A stretch of 43,358 nucleotides of DNA from the IMG/VR virus record IMGVR_UViG_3300032257_000030, positions 1-43,358 of that record, one strand, 5' to 3'. Of the stretch, positions 1 through 8,266 are shown in pieces. Below the pieces are notes generated by a model, which saw only the letters and a program-made list of their open reading frames with translations, made no database searches and was not told the DNA's origin. The DNA comes from a virus. Lineage: Duplodnaviria > Caudoviricetes. A program made the position numbers and the translations under genes. The first letter of the stretch is position 1. Each line of letters begins with the position of its first letter.

Positions 1-1
1 T

Positions 2-184
2 CAGACCTTTCGCGACGTCTGGCTCGACGACACGGTTCGCCGTCGGGTATCCCGCGCCATGGCTCAGATCCGCCCGGGCGGCGTCGCCTTTCAGCTTGTC
101 GAGATCCTACCCGGCTATTTCGGCTGGCGTGACGACGTCGACGCGCTCGGCTATAATCGAGGGCGCTTCGCCCGCGTGATTTAA
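2..184 (+). CDS. C-terminal part of baseplate wedge protein (DUF2612-like); continues the gene starting at 42960
   Basis: Frame 2 is open from base 2: QTFRDVWLDDTVRRRVSRAMAQIRPGGVAFQLVEILPGYFGWRDDVDALGYNRGRFARVI*. The RPxGV...FG...G.F pattern fits the family C-terminus, and the position is just upstream of the fibre genes. Confidence 0.7.
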   Translation, partial: QTFRDVWLDDTVRRRVSRAMAQIRPGGVAFQLVEILPGYFGWRDDVDALGYNRGRFARVI

Positions 185-193
185 GGGGTCTTT

Positions 194-760
194 ATGTCAG
201 GTAATCGACCGATCGTCGTCGGGCCCCATCCGACCCGCGAAGAGCGAATCGGGCTCGTCGAGCCCGCCGAATACTGGCTCGACTTCGAGCCCGGTTACGG
301 CGACTTCGCCGCCGCCGAAGAAAATACCGCGGGCTACTACGTGCGCCGCTTTCCGTCGAATACGCCGCCTTCATGCCAGGCGGGACAGGTCGCCGCGACT
401 CAGATCCTCGCACCCCTTCGCTATCCATGGCCCGTCGGGCGAACCGAGCTAATGCTTGAGATCACCCGGATCGAGCTTCTGTATAAGCGCAACGGAGCGA
501 GCGACGCGCTCGACTTCGTCGTTCGTCGGCGCGACCGATCGACGGGCGTTTCTTTCGCCGTCGGCGCCTGGGATGAAGCGACGCACTTCACGACGACCGG
601 GCTCTTCACGAAGTATAGCGAGACCCTGTCGACGCCGATCCCGCTGGACTATGCGAATTACTCCTATGGTCTCGGCGCGACGCTCTCGCCTAACTCGTCG
701 GTCGCGCACGTCGACTTAGGGCTAATCCGACTGAAGATCCGCGCCTACGCGCTCGCCTAA
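194..760 (+). CDS. hypothetical virion (tail/baseplate-associated) protein
   Basis: 188 aa ORF, GGGG-type RBS, beta-rich, lies between baseplate and fibre genes. Confidence 0.6.
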   Translation: MSGNRPIVVGPHPTREERIGLVEPAEYWLDFEPGYGDFAAAEENTAGYYVRRFPSNTPPSCQAGQVAATQILAPLRYPWPVGRTELMLEITRIELLYKRNGASDALDFVVRRRDRSTGVSFAVGAWDEATHFTTTGLFTKYSETLSTPIPLDYANYSYGLGATLSPNSSVAHVDLGLIRLKIRAYALA

Positions 761-771
761 GAGGTCAAGCC

Positions 772-2088
772 ATGGCTAACCCGCCTGATTCCCTGCCTGA
801 ATGGGCTACTTCTGGTAGCGCTGAAGTCGTCACGCCCGCGACTTCCCAGCAACAAATAGGCTGGATTCAGGAGGATATCCCGCCGCACCAATTCGTGAAT
901 TGGTTTTGGAACCTCGTTTATCAGTGGATAGTGAACCTGAGCAAAGGCGCGTCTCGCTTTGAAACGCTCGAAGCGGCATGTGAAGCGCTGACCGTCGGCG
1001 ATACGGGCTTCGTCGACGAGAACGAATACGCCGAGCAGCCCGGCGACGACCATTCAGTACTCGCGATCGTGAACCTGACTCGGTCGATTCTGACCGTCGA
1101 CGGGATCAGGGCGTACTACCTGAACGACCCTGGCGCGGGCGGGATCGGCGACCTGACGAGCACGGATCGAGACCTCGCCGCGGGCGCGCCGACGGTCACG
1201 GTCTACACGAAGACGAACGCGGGAACCTGGCGCCGGGTCGCGACGAACGGCGCCGACCTCGTCGGCGCGTACGGGCAATACCTCGAATGCTGGACGCCCG
1301 GCGCCGCCGCTTCCCGCTGGATTTACGATCATGGCGCTCAGATAAACGACGTCGCGGTCGACGGCGCATACGCCTATATCGTCGGCGTCAGCGGCACGGG
1401 CGGCTTTGAGCTTCGGCGGATCCGCCTGAGCGACGGCGTGTCTACCTGGGATTACGACCATGGCGCCGACCTGCATTCGGTAGCCGTCAACGGGCGCCAG
1501 GTCTTCGTATGGGGCGACGTGTCAGGGCATGCGTCAGGCGCGCCGCTTCGCGCCGTCAACGCCGATTCAGGCGCCGACAAGAACGGCGAAGGCGGGATCG
1601 GTACGGATTCGAGTCAGGTCGCATGGAACGACAACGCCATACAGGCGAATACCTCGTCGACCGGCGAAGCCGTGCTCGCGACCGACGGCGACCTCGTCTT
1701 CGTCGGGCTCGACGCCGCCGCCCTGCATCAAGTCGAAGCCCGCGGCGCGGGCGACGGCGAGGTCGTCGCGACCCTGGCGCTTCCCTATGACGTGATCTCG
1801 CTCGCGGTCGATCACGAATACCTATACGCCCTCGTCGAAGACGCCGCCGTCGACGCCTACGTGTACGCGCTGAAGAAGGAATCGCTCGCCGTCGCCTGGC
1901 GTCGGCGCTTCGTCGGCGGGATCAGCGATACGACCCATATCGCGAGCGACGGCTTCGGCGTGTTTCTCGTCAACTCGAACGCGGTCGAAGTGACTCGCCT
2001 TCACCGGCTGAATCAGCCGACCATGGTACGGCGAAACGGGTCGCAGCGACACGCGCCGTATCCCCTGCTTTGTATCCCGACACGATAA
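772..2088 (+). CDS. tail fibre/receptor-binding protein with predicted beta-propeller
   Basis: N-terminus EWAT...GW...PPHQFVNWFWN resembles a myovirus fibre baseplate anchor. Repeated W.YDHGA.(I/L)..VAV(D/N)G blades. GAGGT RBS. Confidence 0.75.
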   Translation: MANPPDSLPEWATSGSAEVVTPATSQQQIGWIQEDIPPHQFVNWFWNLVYQWIVNLSKGASRFETLEAACEALTVGDTGFVDENEYAEQPGDDHSVLAIVNLTRSILTVDGIRAYYLNDPGAGGIGDLTSTDRDLAAGAPTVTVYTKTNAGTWRRVATNGADLVGAYGQYLECWTPGAAASRWIYDHGAQINDVAVDGAYAYIVGVSGTGGFELRRIRLSDGVSTWDYDHGADLHSVAVNGRQVFVWGDVSGHASGAPLRAVNADSGADKNGEGGIGTDSSQVAWNDNAIQANTSSTGEAVLATDGDLVFVGLDAAALHQVEARGAGDGEVVATLALPYDVISLAVDHEYLYALVEDAAVDAYVYALKKESLAVAWRRRFVGGISDTTHIASDGFGVFLVNSNAVEVTRLHRLNQPTMVRRNGSQRHAPYPLLCIPTR

Positions 2089-2097
2089 GGATCTCTC

Positions 2098-2841
2098 ATG
2101 GGCGCTTACGAGCTTGCTAACGAATTGGGGATTCTCGGCGCCGGTCGCCGCCCTGAATGGAGTCAGATCCCGACCGCGGTTCAGGAGTCGCCGCCGGGCG
2201 ACGCCGACGGCGTGTATCTCCAAAACGCCAGGGTCGCGTATGTCGCGATCCAGCTTCGCCGACGGGTCAGCGCCCGCACGGTAACCGTAACCGTCGACGT
2301 GCTCGACCTGACCGCGATCTATACGATCACCGTCGGCGGGAATGCCTGCATCTACAACGCAGGCGGCGCGGGCGCCGCGACCCTTCAAGACGTGCTCGAA
2401 GGGATTCGAGACGCGATTAACGGCGTTCCAGCCGCCGCCGCCCTCGTTACCGCGGTCGTCATTGACGACGACGGCGACGGCGTCGACGACACGGTCGAGA
2501 TTATCGGCGACGCCGTCGCCGACTACACGATCGCCGAAGTCGCGACGGGCACGGGCGCACTAACCGCGCTCGCCGACTCGACCGCGACGACTGCCTTTCT
2601 CTATGCAAAGGTTCGCGGCGCGGCGAAGTCGACGTCGACGACGGCGCCTTCGGGCTGGTTCAAGCCTTCGGGCGGCGAATGGAGTGTCGACGTTCAGGGC
2701 ATGATCGAGCGGATCGAGAGCGCCGGGCTTAACGACGGCTTCGTCGAGCTATCCGCGCTCGCTGGCGTCGTCGGCGACGGCGGCTCGGTCGTCAATTACG
2801 CCCGCGCCTGGCTCGGGCCCGCCATTATCGAGGGTTCGTAA
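2098..2841 (+). CDS. hypothetical virion protein
   Basis: 247 aa in the structural operon; its central domain resembles two repeats in the 30442 decoration protein. Confidence 0.6.
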   Translation: MGAYELANELGILGAGRRPEWSQIPTAVQESPPGDADGVYLQNARVAYVAIQLRRRVSARTVTVTVDVLDLTAIYTITVGGNACIYNAGGAGAATLQDVLEGIRDAINGVPAAAALVTAVVIDDDGDGVDDTVEIIGDAVADYTIAEVATGTGALTALADSTATTAFLYAKVRGAAKSTSTTAPSGWFKPSGGEWSVDVQGMIERIESAGLNDGFVELSALAGVVGDGGSVVNYARAWLGPAIIEGS

Positions 2842-3470
2842 TGTCGAATATTAATAAGGGGATACACCCGTTTAAGTCTTTCAATCCGCTCTCGGTTCCC
2901 GGGCCGCTGTATGAAGACCTGAAGACGCCCGCGGCGTCTCTCGGTAAAGGGTCGAGCGCGCCGACCGTGAAGGTGTTCGTCGGCTCGATCGAGCTTCCCG
3001 CCTTCGCGCCGAGCGGGCCGACCGAAGACGGTCAGTTTAGCGTCCATTTGCCGCACGACTTCAAGGCGGGCTCGACGCCTACCTTTCACGTTCATTGGTC
3101 GCACACTGAAGCCGCCCCTACTGGCTCGGTCGTTTGGGGCGTCGAAGTCACTGGCGCGAAGGGCTACAACGCGGGCGGCTTCGTCGCGCCCGTTGCAGTC
3201 TCGACGACGTCGGCGGCGGCGGCTCAGGTCGACGGCGACCCGCCCCATACGATCACAAACGACGACGATATGCCGCTTCCCGCGGCGCTCGTCGCGATCC
3301 TCGAACCTGATACCGAGCTTTTGTGTCGGGTCTTCAGGGATACGGGGGATCCCGCCGACGACTTCGGCTTCGACGCCTTCTTTATCGAGATCGACCTTCA
3401 TTACGAGATCGGCCAGATCGCGACCGAAGAGCGAAACCGACCCTTCCCGAGCGCTGGCTTCTCGCCATGA
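2841..3470 (+). CDS. hypothetical virion (fibre-associated beta-sandwich) protein
   Basis: TAATG coupling with the upstream gene; FSVHLPHDF...FHVHW pattern; beta-rich. Confidence 0.6.
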   Translation: MSNINKGIHPFKSFNPLSVPGPLYEDLKTPAASLGKGSSAPTVKVFVGSIELPAFAPSGPTEDGQFSVHLPHDFKAGSTPTFHVHWSHTEAAPTGSVVWGVEVTGAKGYNAGGFVAPVAVSTTSAAAAQVDGDPPHTITNDDDMPLPAALVAILEPDTELLCRVFRDTGDPADDFGFDAFFIEIDLHYEIGQIATEERNRPFPSAGFSP

Positions 3471-3528
3471 CGCGCAACCCTGGCGAAAGCCGAGCCCGAC
3501 TCGGGCGCACGGCTGACGAGGTCTCGCA

Positions 3529-4386
3529 ATGTCGATAATCAGCGACCGCGGGATCGTCCGGTCGCCAGCGCCAGCGCAGGCGCCCGCGGCGACGATCGAA
3601 GAGTTGATCTCGGCGCTGGTTCCTGGCTCGACGCCCGGCGACTATGTCGCGACGGCGGGCGGCGGGATCTGGCGCAAACTTCTGCACATTGGAGCGGGCG
3701 CCGAGCAGGTCGACCTTTCAGGCGGCGGCGACGGTCAGTATCCAAACCTCGAAGACGTCGACGGTCGACTTTACACGATCGAAGGCGAGTCGCCCTCGCT
3801 GCTCGACGTTTGTGCGGTTACCGCGAACGGTATCGAATTCGAGAATACCGGCGCCGTCGCTGGCGCGATCCGGATCGGGCTCGACGGCTTGCCAGGGTGG
3901 GCCGATAACGGGCGCGTCTTCGTCGCGTGTCGGGTCTCGAACCTGACGCTCGGCAATACGAACGACCGTATGCACCTTCAGATCTGCGATCAAGATACGG
4001 GCACTTGGGCTTGGCTCGTCGCGATCCCGATCAAGCGAGTAAGCACCAACGACTACCGCTTCGATATCTATCGGTTCAATGGTGGATTTACCTTTGATGC
4101 TACGGGGCTGATCGCGGCGAGCAGCGCGGGCGATCACTGGCTCGTATTCGACGTCACGCCGCGAAGGTGTACCGTTCGCGGCGATATGGGCGTCGCCGCC
4201 GACGTGCCCGACCTTCCCGAAGATATGACGTTTCATTCTGAAGTCGGCGATCTGAACGGGATTACGAGCACGGGCGGCGTCAACTCGGATCAGTACAATA
4301 CGATTCGACTTCAGCTTCAGACGACCGCGGGCGCGTTCAGCCGTGCGACCGTGTCGGATCTGATCGTTATGAAGGAAGGGGCATAG
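3529..4386 (+). CDS. hypothetical virion/receptor-binding protein
   Basis: 285 aa, GAGGT RBS, beta-rich lectin-like composition, at the end of the tail module. Confidence 0.55.
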   Translation: MSIISDRGIVRSPAPAQAPAATIEELISALVPGSTPGDYVATAGGGIWRKLLHIGAGAEQVDLSGGGDGQYPNLEDVDGRLYTIEGESPSLLDVCAVTANGIEFENTGAVAGAIRIGLDGLPGWADNGRVFVACRVSNLTLGNTNDRMHLQICDQDTGTWAWLVAIPIKRVSTNDYRFDIYRFNGGFTFDATGLIAASSAGDHWLVFDVTPRRCTVRGDMGVAADVPDLPEDMTFHSEVGDLNGITSTGGVNSDQYNTIRLQLQTTAGAFSRATVSDLIVMKEGA

Positions 4387-4598
4387 TGAAAACGATATAC
4401 AGGCACGACGCCGCATACGCGCCGGGCTCGACCCGGCGCGGCGTCGCCGCCCTGCAACGGGCGGGCGTCGACTTGTCGTCGAAGCCATGGGTCAAGGTCG
4501 AGAGCGACGACGACGGGCGCTTCGCCGTCGCCGCTGAAGGGTGCGTCGAAGGCGACCTCGTCGGCGAGAAGAGCGAGCCCGTTCGCGTCGGCGAGTAG
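4386..4598 (+). CDS. hypothetical protein (70 aa)
   Basis: GTG start overlapping the upstream TAG; AAGGAAGG RBS. Confidence 0.55.
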   Translation: MKTIYRHDAAYAPGSTRRGVAALQRAGVDLSSKPWVKVESDDDGRFAVAAEGCVEGDLVGEKSEPVRVGE

Positions 4599-4672
4599 CG
4601 ATTCGACGTCGCCAGCCAGACCCGATAGTCGAAGAGGTACGGCGACGTCGACGTCGTCGTATTGGGGCTACC

Positions 4673-5431
4673 GTGAAGCGACTTCTATATGCCGGGCTGA
4701 CCGGCGCCGCGATCGTGCTTCTTCAGCGTCAGCTACTCGCCGCGCTCGGCGTCGAGATCGCGAAGGCTCTCGGCGAGCCGCTGAAGGTCGACGGCGACTT
4801 CGGCGCGAAGACCGAGACCGCGGTTCGCCTGCTTCAGCGGCGGGAAGGGCTGACCGTCGACGGCGTCGTCGGCGACGCGACTCAGGCGGCGCTCGACCGC
4901 CTGCTCGGTCGCACTATGGGCACGCCGAAGCCGACGCCCGCTCGCTACCGCGGGAAGCTCTATGGCCCGTTCGGCGTCGACTTCCCGGGCTGGCCTGAGT
5001 CGGGGATCTTGTATGTGACCGGCACCTTCGACGAGCTTCGAGGCGGGCGGCGACATGGGGCGCTCGATATCGCGATCCCCGTCGGCTACACGCTGGACGC
5101 TGGCGCCGACGGGCTCGTCGCCCGGGCTATGTCGAGCGCGCGGGCGCACGGAGGGCGCGGGCGCAACGTCGCGATCGACTACGGCGACGGCGTCGTCGCT
5201 GAATACTTCCATATGAGCCAGGTCAGCCGGGCGAAGGGCGACCGGGTCGGCGAGGGCGATATCGTCGGAAGAACGGGCGGCGCCGTCGACGACGACGGCG
5301 GCGGCTACACGGGCGGGCCGCACCTTCACTATGCCGTCACGGTCGACGGCGAGCCCGTCGACCCGCTCGAATACACGGACTTCTCAGGCTGGACGTTTCG
5401 CGGCATGGTGTCGGGCTCAGGGCTCGCATGA
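4673..5431 (+). CDS. endolysin: N-terminal peptidoglycan-binding domain plus M23 peptidase
   Basis: VDGDFGAKTETAVR..Q...GLTVDGVVG (PG_binding_1); HGALD (HxxxD) and GPHLHY (HxH) zinc ligands. Start moved to GTG 4673 after a GGGG RBS. Confidence 0.9.
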   Translation: MKRLLYAGLTGAAIVLLQRQLLAALGVEIAKALGEPLKVDGDFGAKTETAVRLLQRREGLTVDGVVGDATQAALDRLLGRTMGTPKPTPARYRGKLYGPFGVDFPGWPESGILYVTGTFDELRGGRRHGALDIAIPVGYTLDAGADGLVARAMSSARAHGGRGRNVAIDYGDGVVAEYFHMSQVSRAKGDRVGEGDIVGRTGGAVDDDGGGYTGGPHLHYAVTVDGEPVDPLEYTDFSGWTFRGMVSGSGLA

Positions 5432-5826
5432 GCGCCGCCGCGACCGTCGGCCCGCCCGACGGCGCCCGCGACGCTCTCGGCGCGCCTGAGCGCCAGCCTG
5501 ACGCCGTTAGCGCCGAAGACCTGACACCGATCGCGGCGGCGTTGCCGGGCGACCTGCTCGTCGAAGTCTTAGAGCTTCGCGCCGACGTGCGCGACCTGGC
5601 GCCGTCGCGAAGGTCTGGCTCGACCGATCGCAAAGGTCAAATGCAGGCGCGCTTTCTGCTCTTCCTGCTCGGCTTCGCCGTCGTGAACGCCTTCGCCCGG
5701 TTCGAAGCGCAAGTCGTCTTTTACTTCGTCGCTGGCGCGGCGGGTAAGAGCGCCTTCGGCGTTTGGGGCAATGTTCAGGAATGGCGATCGAAGGCGACTA
5801 AAAGCGACGGCGGATCCGCGCCATAG
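5428..5826 (+). CDS. putative holin/membrane protein (start may be ATG 5641)
   Basis: ATGA overlap with the endolysin; hydrophobic segments FLLFLLGFAVVNAF and VVFYFVAGAAG; basic C-terminus. Confidence 0.5.
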   Translation: MSAAATVGPPDGARDALGAPERQPDAVSAEDLTPIAAALPGDLLVEVLELRADVRDLAPSRRSGSTDRKGQMQARFLLFLLGFAVVNAFARFEAQVVFYFVAGAAGKSAFGVWGNVQEWRSKATKSDGGSAP

Positions 5827-6448
5827 CGGTACTGATTCTGTATTTACAATCGTGGTTTTCTGATAGATCGAAGCCCGAGAGACTGAGCGAGATATAGACG
5901 ATCTCAGTCTCTCGAACCGATACGACGTGAAATTCAGCCGCCTTCGCTTGTGAGAATTCGAGCAGGGCTCGAAGGTCGCTTTCGGGGATCTCTTCGACGG
6001 GAAGCGATACGAAGCGGTTCACTCGAAGCAGTAGCAAAAGCGCGGTATACCCTTCGTCGGCGACACGGTCGAGCCAGTCGTCGCGAACGGAATCGGCGCC
6101 GTCTGAATAGACCTCGAAGAGCATGTCGACCCGCGTCTCTTCGTCCATATGGACGGCGCGAAGAAGCGAGACCCGGATCGCCCGGGCTCGCGACAGGATC
6201 TCGATCAGGTCTGAATAGGTCGCGTGTATGTGAAACCCTGTCGACTCGGGCGCGGCGGGCTCGCCGATCGCTTCGGTCGCTTCTTCGTCGGCGTCGGCGT
6301 CGGCGGGCGGCTTCTTCAGGTCGGCGAGCGACCGAGCCCGCCAGACCTGAACGACCTCGAAGCCGATCTTCGCGACGAGCGCAACGGCACCCGAGCCGAT
6401 CAGGGCGTCGACGACGCCGAGCCCTGATATCGCCTCGATCGTTCCCAT
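5798..6448 (-). CDS. single-TM membrane protein with GAF-like soluble domain (T4 holin T-like architecture?)
   Basis: Start moved to ATG 6448 (AAGGAAGG RBS). N-terminal TM, acidic linker, then an alpha/beta domain (RVSLLRAVH...DMLFEV...V...W). Convergent with the lysis genes. Confidence 0.5.
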   Translation of the reverse strand: MGTIEAISGLGVVDALIGSGAVALVAKIGFEVVQVWRARSLADLKKPPADADADEEATEAIGEPAAPESTGFHIHATYSDLIEILSRARAIRVSLLRAVHMDEETRVDMLFEVYSDGADSVRDDWLDRVADEGYTALLLLLRVNRFVSLPVEEIPESDLRALLEFSQAKAAEFHVVSVRETEIVYISLSLSGFDLSENHDCKYRISTAMARIRRRF

Positions 6449-6632
6449 TCGCGAGCCTTCCTTCGTGAGAGGTCGCGAGCGTCGAAGACGCGGGCGACAG
6501 GCGCTCGCCGGTATTAGGATACACACCCTGACGCCGACGAGCCCGTCGCGGGCTGAATTATCGAGCGCGGATCGTGAAAACGATATTTTCTCGACCCTGT
6601 CACTATTTCGGGTTAGCGCCGCCCGCTATTTC

Positions 6633-6688
6633 GGCGTCAGGCGTCAGGCGTCAGGCGTCAGGCGTCAGGCGTCAGGCGTCAGGCGCCA
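6633..6688. repeat. heptamer tandem repeat (GGCGTCA)x7 plus one degenerate unit
   Basis: Seven perfect units at 6633-6681, then GGCGCCA. Confidence 0.95.
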
Positions 6689-7366
6689 GCGTCGGCCGCT
6701 CAGGTCGTCGACCGCGAAGAAGTCGGCGACGAGGTCGCATTCGTCTTCATACCAGACGTCGACGCCGACGCCGCCCTTCGCGCTCTCGGGCGTCTCGACG
6801 AGTACGCCGGAGTCGACTTCGAGAATCTTCAGCGACACGTCCGGGCCGACGAGCTTCATACCCGCTTCGAGCTTCGGGTGTAGGCTGATCCCGGCGAGGG
6901 TCAGGAGGGCGGCGATCTCGTCGTGAAGGTTCGCGACGACGGGCGAGCGGTCTTCGGGCTCGAAGCGCTGCTCGGCGTCGTGTTCGGCGTCGCGTGCGAT
7001 ACAGACCTCGCGATAGCCCCCGAAGTGATCGCCCTGAATAAACAGGCGCCGAGCGTTGTCGAGCGCGGCGGCGACCGCGGGCGGCGTCTTGAAGGTCTCG
7101 CCGAACCTGAAGAGGGCGTCTTCAGCGGCGGCGCTGGCGAATGTCTTCGGGCCGATCTCGTCGAAGCCGTCGAGCCTGAAGTCGGCGAAGGCGCCGTCGG
7201 CGGCGAGTCGGCGCCGGGCGAGCCAGATCACCGGGTGAAGGTCGACGGCGAAGGCGTTGTCGAAGTGTCGCCGAAGCTCGGCGAGAACGGGCGCGGCGAA
7301 GGCGCCGACGCCCTGAGCGCCGCCGACGACGGTATAAGAGAACCTGATAAACCAGTAAGAGCGCAT
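6665..7366 (-). CDS. hypothetical early protein (233 aa)
   Basis: AAGGA RBS; codon usage typical of this genome; stop lies inside the heptamer repeat. Confidence 0.7.
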   Translation of the reverse strand: MRSYWFIRFSYTVVGGAQGVGAFAAPVLAELRRHFDNAFAVDLHPVIWLARRRLAADGAFADFRLDGFDEIGPKTFASAAAEDALFRFGETFKTPPAVAAALDNARRLFIQGDHFGGYREVCIARDAEHDAEQRFEPEDRSPVVANLHDEIAALLTLAGISLHPKLEAGMKLVGPDVSLKILEVDSGVLVETPESAKGGVGVDVWYEDECDLVADFFAVDDLSGRRWRLTPDA

Positions 7367-7397
7367 TTTTCGATCCTTGTTTCCGCTGGTGACGTCC

Positions 7398-7442
7398 GAA
7401 GCGGCGTCGCCGCCCGAGAGAAGCCCGGGCGGCGAAGTCGAC
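7398..7442 (-). repeat. 45-bp intergenic hairpin element, copy 1
   Basis: gaagcggcgtcgccgcccgagagaagcccgggcggcgaagtcgac; about 6-7 mismatches to the copies at 25136 and 25650. Confidence 0.85.
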
Positions 7443-7724
7443 TCAGAATTCGCCGCGAACCGTGGACTCGTAAGAGAAAATCCATGTCTCGCGAAGCGAG
7501 TCGGCGTCGCTCCAATTCAGGTATTTTCCGCAGTTAGCGAGCCAGCGGTCGAAGCAGGCGACAGGGATCCAGTCGGCGCCCTTCCCGCGGATCCCCTTCA
7601 TGGCGACCCGCGAAGCGTCTTCGGCGGCTGCTTGATCGAGTCGAGCCATTCGTTCCGACGAAGCGTCGCGGGTCCGCTCAGAAAGAGAATCAAGATAGGG
7701 CGTTTTAGAGGCTTGAAGCTTCAT
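7443..7724 (-). CDS. hypothetical early protein (MKLQASK..., 93 aa)
   Basis: Start moved to ATG 7724 (AAGGGA RBS), directly downstream of the conserved promoter motif. Confidence 0.65.
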   Translation of the reverse strand: MKLQASKTPYLDSLSERTRDASSERMARLDQAAAEDASRVAMKGIRGKGADWIPVACFDRWLANCGKYLNWSDADSLRETWIFSYESTVRGEF

Positions 7725-7760
7725 TTTTGTTTCCCTTTGCCGGGCGTCTCTCGCCATGAC

Positions 7761-7797
7761 GAATACTATCTAACATGACGGCTACACCCTGCAAACG
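7761..7797 (-). promoter_or_regulatory. leftward sigma70-like promoter, conserved family copy A
   Basis: Minus strand gtTTGCAGggtgtagccgtcatgttagatagtattc; closely similar to the 26.05 kb copy. Confidence 0.65.
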
Positions 7798-7802
7798 ATT
7801 AA

Positions 7803-7840
7803 GGCAAAGAAACGCCCGAGCCCGTCGCCAGGCTCGGGCG
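7803..7840 (-). terminator. rho-independent terminator of the leftward middle operon
   Basis: Perfect 10-bp stem cgcccgagcc/ggctcgggcg followed on the minus strand by TTTCTTT. Confidence 0.75.
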
Positions 7841-7863
7841 CCGCTCGACGAGCGCGTCGCCGA

Positions 7864-8232
7864 CTACTCTTCGGCGGGCTGCTCGAAGGTGATCTCGGCT
7901 TCGGTCTCGATCTCGGCGCCGAGCCTGGCGTCGTCGTGCTCGACGGGCTGCTCGGGCGCGGCGCGGCGGCGGCGGCGGCGGCGGCGGGCGTCTCTCGGCT
8001 TGCGCTCGGCGCGGCTCGGCTTGCGCTCGGCGGGCGGCGCGGCGTCAGGATCAGGAACGGCGCCGACCTTCACAGCGGCGCGAATGGCGTTCGCGTATCG
8101 CCTGGCGCTGGCGAGCAGGTCGAGCAGGTTCGCCGCGCTCGGGCGCGACATGTAGCGAAAGAAGGAATCGTGAAGGGCTTCGCCCGTCGCGTCGAGTCGT
8201 TGTTCAGCTTGTCGTAGCTTCCTGGCGCTCAT
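7864..8232 (-). CDS. hypothetical protein with Arg8 tract and acidic tail
   Basis: GAGGGA RBS; DARRRRRRRRAA; two AERKP repeats. Confidence 0.65.
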   Translation of the reverse strand: MSARKLRQAEQRLDATGEALHDSFFRYMSRPSAANLLDLLASARRYANAIRAAVKVGAVPDPDAAPPAERKPSRAERKPRDARRRRRRRRAAPEQPVEHDDARLGAEIETEAEITFEQPAEE

Positions 8233-8266
8233 GTCTGATCCCTCGAAGTGTCGCCTTCGCGACGGG

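Noticed and set aside
772-4386. Diversity-generating retroelement or invertible fibre cassette
   Set aside because: No reverse transcriptase, invertase or template/variable repeat pair was seen.
4643-4656. Perfect palindrome CGACGTCGACGTCG upstream of the endolysin
   Set aside because: Made of the genome's most common words; similar strings occur inside genes (e.g. ~42690).
4541-4672. Arg-rich N-terminal extension on the endolysin, and similar extensions on ORFs 28950, 34117, 12392-13141 and 23430-24041
   Set aside because: Longest-ORF artefacts overlapping upstream genes; downstream starts with RBS or stop/start coupling fit better.
7398-7442. 45-bp spacers as integron attC sites
   Set aside because: No RYYYAAC/GTTRRRY ends and no tyrosine recombinase recognised.
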